Shown here: one piece after another, positions 31,029 to 33,941 of the stretch | Numbering within the stretch: the first letter of the stretch is position 1 | Layout: every line of letters starts with the position of its first letter | From: Dehalococcoidales bacterium | GTDB taxonomy: Bacteria > Chloroflexota > Dehalococcoidia > Dehalococcoidales > UBA2162 | Direction: 5' to 3' | DNA: 33,941 bases | Assembly: GCA_030648675.1 (NCBI GenBank) | Contig: JAUSGV010000066.1 | Location: 1-33,941 of the forward strand | Program-made: the position numbers and the translations under genes | The notes under the pieces: model-generated | Seen by the model: the letters and a program-made list of their open reading frames with translations, nothing else | What the model was told of the DNA's origin: nothing | Database searches by the model: none

Positions 31029-32558
31029 TTGAAACCCGTTATGGATAAAGTAACCATATTCGATACTACCCTGCGGGACGGTGAACAAGCCGCAGGCGCC
31101 ACCCTGAATATCAAGGAAAAGCTGGACGTAGCCAAACAACTGGAACGGTTGAACGTCGACGTCATTGAAGCCGGGATGCCGATCAACTCCCAGGCTGAAT
31201 TCGAGGCCGTCAGCCTCATCGCCAAAGAAATCCGCATCCCGGTCATCTGTGCCCTGGCCCGCGCCATGCCGCAGGACATAGTACGAGCCGGGGAATCACT
31301 GAAGAATGCTGCCCATCCGCGGATCCACACGTTTATTTCTTCCTCGGATATCCACCTGGTTTACCAGTTGAAGAAAAGCCGCGACGAAGTTCTCGAGCAG
31401 GCTCGCAAAATGGTCAAACAGGCGAAAAAGTTCTGCGACGATGTCGAGTTTTCGCCGATGGATGCCAGCCGTACCGAACCGGAATACGTCTATCAGATCG
31501 TTGAGGCTGCCATCGACGCCGGCGCCACCACCATCAACATCCCCGATACCGTCGGTTACGCCATACCTGTCGAGTTCGGTAAATTAATCGCGGGCATCTT
31601 CAAAAACGTGCCCAACGTGAACAAAGCCGTTATCAGCGTACACTGCCACAACGACCTGGGGCTGGCCGTCGCCAACAGCCTGGAAGCCGTGAGAAACGGC
31701 GCCCGACAGGTAGAATGCACGATCAACGGACTGGGAGAAAGGGCCGGCAATGCCTCCCTGGAAGAGGTCGTGATGGCCATCAGGACGCGTAACTCCCTCT
31801 TTAACGTGACCACCAGAATCGATACGACGCAAATCTACCGCGCTTCGCGCCTGGTTAGCGAACTGACCGGTTTCCCCGTGCAGCCGAACAAGGCGATCGT
31901 CGGTTCCAATGCTTTCAGTCACGAGTCGGGAATACATCAGGACGGCGTCATCAAGATGCCGATTACATACGAAATAATGGATCCCAAGTCAGTCGGCATT
32001 CCCTCGAGCAGCCTCGTCATGGGCAAGCACAGCGGACGCCACGCCTTCAAAGAGAGGTTAGCCGAGCTGGGCTACAGCTTGAGCGATGAAGATTTCGCCC
32101 GTGCTTTCAACGCTTTCCAGCAGTTGGCGGAAAAGAAAAAAAGCATCGGTAACCGCGACATCGAATCGCTGGTCGCCGAACAGCAGCGTACCGTTTCGGA
32201 GATCTACCGTCTTGACCGCATCCAGGTGACCTGCGGCGACCGCGGCATGCCCACCGCTGCCGTCAGTTTGATCGGCCCCGACGGCAAAGCTGTGGCGGAT
32301 GCCGCCCTGGGTACCGGCCCGGTCGATGCTGTTTACAAAGCTATCAACCGGCTCATCAACGTGCCTAACAACTTGACCGAATTCTCTGTGAAATCTGTAA
32401 CCGAGGGTATCGATGCCATCGGCGAAGTGATGATCAGGATCGAGAGCGACTGCGTGACCTATACCGGGCGCGGCGCGGATACGGACATTATCGTGGCCAG
32501 TGCCAAGGCATACATGAACGCCTTGAACCGCCTCCTCACCACGAGAAAAGCATCCTGA
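31029..32558 (+). CDS. leuA: 2-isopropylmalate synthase (long form with C-terminal LeuA regulatory domain)
   Basis: [23 protein letters not shown] and [10 protein letters not shown] are present. The start is ambiguous: TTG 31029 is 2 nt after GGAAGGAG, and ATG 31041 is 14 nt after it. Confidence 0.95.
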   Translation: MKPVMDKVTIFDTTLRDGEQAAGATLNIKEKLDVAKQLERLNVDVIEAGMPINSQAEFEAVSLIAKEIRIPVICALARAMPQDIVRAGESLKNAAHPRIHTFISSSDIHLVYQLKKSRDEVLEQARKMVKQAKKFCDDVEFSPMDASRTEPEYVYQIVEAAIDAGATTINIPDTVGYAIPVEFGKLIAGIFKNVPNVNKAVISVHCHNDLGLAVANSLEAVRNGARQVECTINGLGERAGNASLEEVVMAIRTRNSLFNVTTRIDTTQIYRASRLVSELTGFPVQPNKAIVGSNAFSHESGIHQDGVIKMPITYEIMDPKSVGIPSSSLVMGKHSGRHAFKERLAELGYSLSDEDFARAFNAFQQLAEKKKSIGNRDIESLVAEQQRTVSEIYRLDRIQVTCGDRGMPTAAVSLIGPDGKAVADAALGTGPVDAVYKAINRLINVPNNLTEFSVKSVTEGIDAIGEVMIRIESDCVTYTGRGADTDIIVASAKAYMNALNRLLTTRKAS

Positions 32559-32572
32559 ACGCGGTTGTCCTA

Positions 32573-32605
32573 TGTTTCGTATTTCGAATTTCGGGCTTCG
32601 GATTT
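32573..32605. repeat. ATTTCGA-heptad repeat, short copy C
   Basis: TGTTTCGTATTTCGAATTTCGGGCTTCGGATTT. It matches copy B (19939-19971) apart from one missing 7-nt TATTCGA unit. It lies between the leuA stop and the mgtC RBS. Confidence 0.65.
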
Positions 32606-32616
32606 AAAGAGGAAAT

Positions 32617-33012
32617 ATGCCCCCTATCGTTGAGATGTCCCTGCGTCTTGTAGCAGCGGCCGTACTCGGCGCTGCCATAGGTTTTCAGCGCGAAAAAGCG
32701 AAGCGGCCGGCTGGCCTCCGCACGAACGCGCTTATCGCGCTTGGGGCTGCCCTTTTTACCATCAGCGGCGTCTTCGCCTTTCCTGACGATCAGGCAAGAG
32801 TTGCCGCCGGCATAGTAACCGGGATCGGCTTTCTCGGTGCCGGCGCCATTTTGCATAAAGACGGCGGGATCGTCGCCGGGCTTACCACCGCGGCCAGTAT
32901 CTGGACGGTCGCCGGTATCGGCATGGCCGTTGGCGCCGGGCAATATGTTCTCGCTCTTGTCACAACCGCCCTGACAATTATTATCCTGTCGTTGCCCCAC
33001 GCCTTTCGGTGA
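32617..33012 (+). CDS. MgtC/SapB family membrane protein
   Basis: 131 aa (LRLVAAAVLGAAIGFQRE...GLRTNALIALGAALF...TAASIWTVAGIGMAVGAG), which is the MgtC N-terminal membrane domain only. Confidence 0.85.
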   Translation: MPPIVEMSLRLVAAAVLGAAIGFQREKAKRPAGLRTNALIALGAALFTISGVFAFPDDQARVAAGIVTGIGFLGAGAILHKDGGIVAGLTTAASIWTVAGIGMAVGAGQYVLALVTTALTIIILSLPHAFR

Positions 33013-33029
33013 TAGCATCGCGTCCCAAT

Positions 33030-33058
33030 TGTCATGCTGGAGCGAAGCGAAGCATCTC
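33030..33058. repeat. TGTCAT-hairpin repeat, copy after mgtC
   Basis: TGTCATGCTGGAGCGAAGCGAAGCATCTC with stem ATGCT (33034-33038) / AGCAT (33051-33055). It starts 18 nt after the mgtC stop. Confidence 0.55.
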
Positions 33059-33096
33059 AAGGCAGGGTATAATACGAATTAAAAAAGGTAAACAAA

Positions 33097-33941
33097 ATGA
33101 ATTTAGCTGAAAAAATACTGGCCGCCCACAGCGGCCGCAACAAGGTCAGTCCGGGCGAGTTCGCCAACGTCAAAGTCGATATCATCCTGGCCAACGATAT
33201 CACCGCACCGATCGCCATCCGGGAGTTCCAGAAATTCGGCACGGAGAAAGTTTTCGACCCGAAGAAAGTAGTCATGGTCGCCGACCATTTCGTCCCGAAT
33301 AAGGACATTACCTCGGCGGAACAGGCAAAAACAATGCGCGAATTCTGCTACCGCCGCGATATCATCCATTTCGAGGTAGGCGAGACCGGTATCGAACATG
33401 TCCTGCTGCCGGAAAAAGGCCTGGTCTTGCCGGGAGATGTCGTTATCGGAGCCGATTCCCATACCTGCACCTACGGAGCGCTGGGGGCGTTTGCCACCGG
33501 CATGGGCTCGACGGATATCGCCGCCGCTATGGCCACGGGCGATATCTGGATGAAAGTGCCCCCTACCATCAAGTTTGTTTACAAGGGCAAATTGGAGAAA
33601 TGGGTCGGCGGTAAAGATTTGATCCTGTACACTATCGGACAGATCGGTGTCGACGGTGCCCTTTATGCCGCCATGGAATTCACCGGCGAAACGATAGATT
33701 TCCTGTCGATGGACGGACGTTTCACCATGGCCAATATGGCTATCGAGGCCGGGGCCAAAGCCGGTCTGTTCCGCGTCGATCAGAAAACCCTGGACTACGT
33801 CCAAACCCGGGCAAAACGGCCTTTTACCGTTTACGAACCGGACAAAGACGCCGCGTATACTCAGGTGTTCGAGTACGATGTTACGAACCTTGAGCCGCAG
33901 GTCTCTTTCCCGCATTCCCCGGCAAATGCTAAACCGGTGAG
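33097..33941 (+). CDS. leuC: 3-isopropylmalate dehydratase large subunit (aconitase family), 5' part only; runs off the window
   Basis: It is absent from the ORF track because no stop lies in the window. My own translation from ATG 33097 gives MNLAEKILAAHSG...LPGDVVIGADSHTCTYGALGAFATGMGSTD...MANMAIEAGAKAG, the aconitase/LeuC signature. The 270-aa minus ORF 33103..33915 is its antisense shadow. Confidence 0.93.
   Translation, partial: MNLAEKILAAHSGRNKVSPGEFANVKVDIILANDITAPIAIREFQKFGTEKVFDPKKVVMVADHFVPNKDITSAEQAKTMREFCYRRDIIHFEVGETGIEHVLLPEKGLVLPGDVVIGADSHTCTYGALGAFATGMGSTDIAAAMATGDIWMKVPPTIKFVYKGKLEKWVGGKDLILYTIGQIGVDGALYAAMEFTGETIDFLSMDGRFTMANMAIEAGAKAGLFRVDQKTLDYVQTRAKRPFTVYEPDKDAAYTQVFEYDVTNLEPQVSFPHSPANAKPV

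Overview
This 33.9-kb window is bacterial chromosomal DNA. Gene content, gene order, strong GGAGG-type ribosome-binding sites and the repeat types suggest a Chloroflexota/Dehalococcoidia-like anaerobe, but I cannot verify that here. I found no rRNA, CRISPR array, transposase or integrase. From left to right the window holds tRNA-Leu(UAG), a zinc-ribbon protein, an M16 peptidase, and groES-groEL behind a sigma-A-type promoter with a CIRCE operator. Next come an orphan SPPY-type DNA methyltransferase, an amidohydrolase and ThpR/LigT. A minus-strand block follows: YihY/BrkB, an AI-2E transporter and a REC/HD-GYP regulator. After that are a multiply frameshifted receiver-domain remnant, a DUF948/YtxH pair, a LuxR-type regulator whose receiver has lost its acidic pocket, a beta-CASP RNase and a LOG protein. 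The right half is a branched-chain amino-acid cluster, ilvD-ilvB-ilvN-[usp]-ilvC-[about 8.9 kb of insert]-leuA-[mgtC]-leuC (partial). The best candidate for an undescribed system is that insert (about 22.1-31.0 kb). It contains a ModE-N-terminal-only regulator on a probably leaderless mRNA, and a free-standing promoter-to-terminator unit that looks like a small RNA displaying CCUCC (anti-Shine-Dalgarno) sequences. It also contains a tightly packed eight-gene minus-strand operon. That operon encodes two histidine kinases, an orphan periplasmic binding protein and two receiver proteins with no DNA-binding output. One of those receivers is fused to a cytochrome-b5-like domain and a 4-TM DUF2231-like domain. 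The operon ends with an FdnI-like di-heme cytochrome b, a lipoprotein and a desulforedoxin-like protein with lysine-rich tails. Three families of short structured intergenic repeats bracket the inserted genes. All domain calls come from reading motifs by eye and need HMM or BLAST confirmation.
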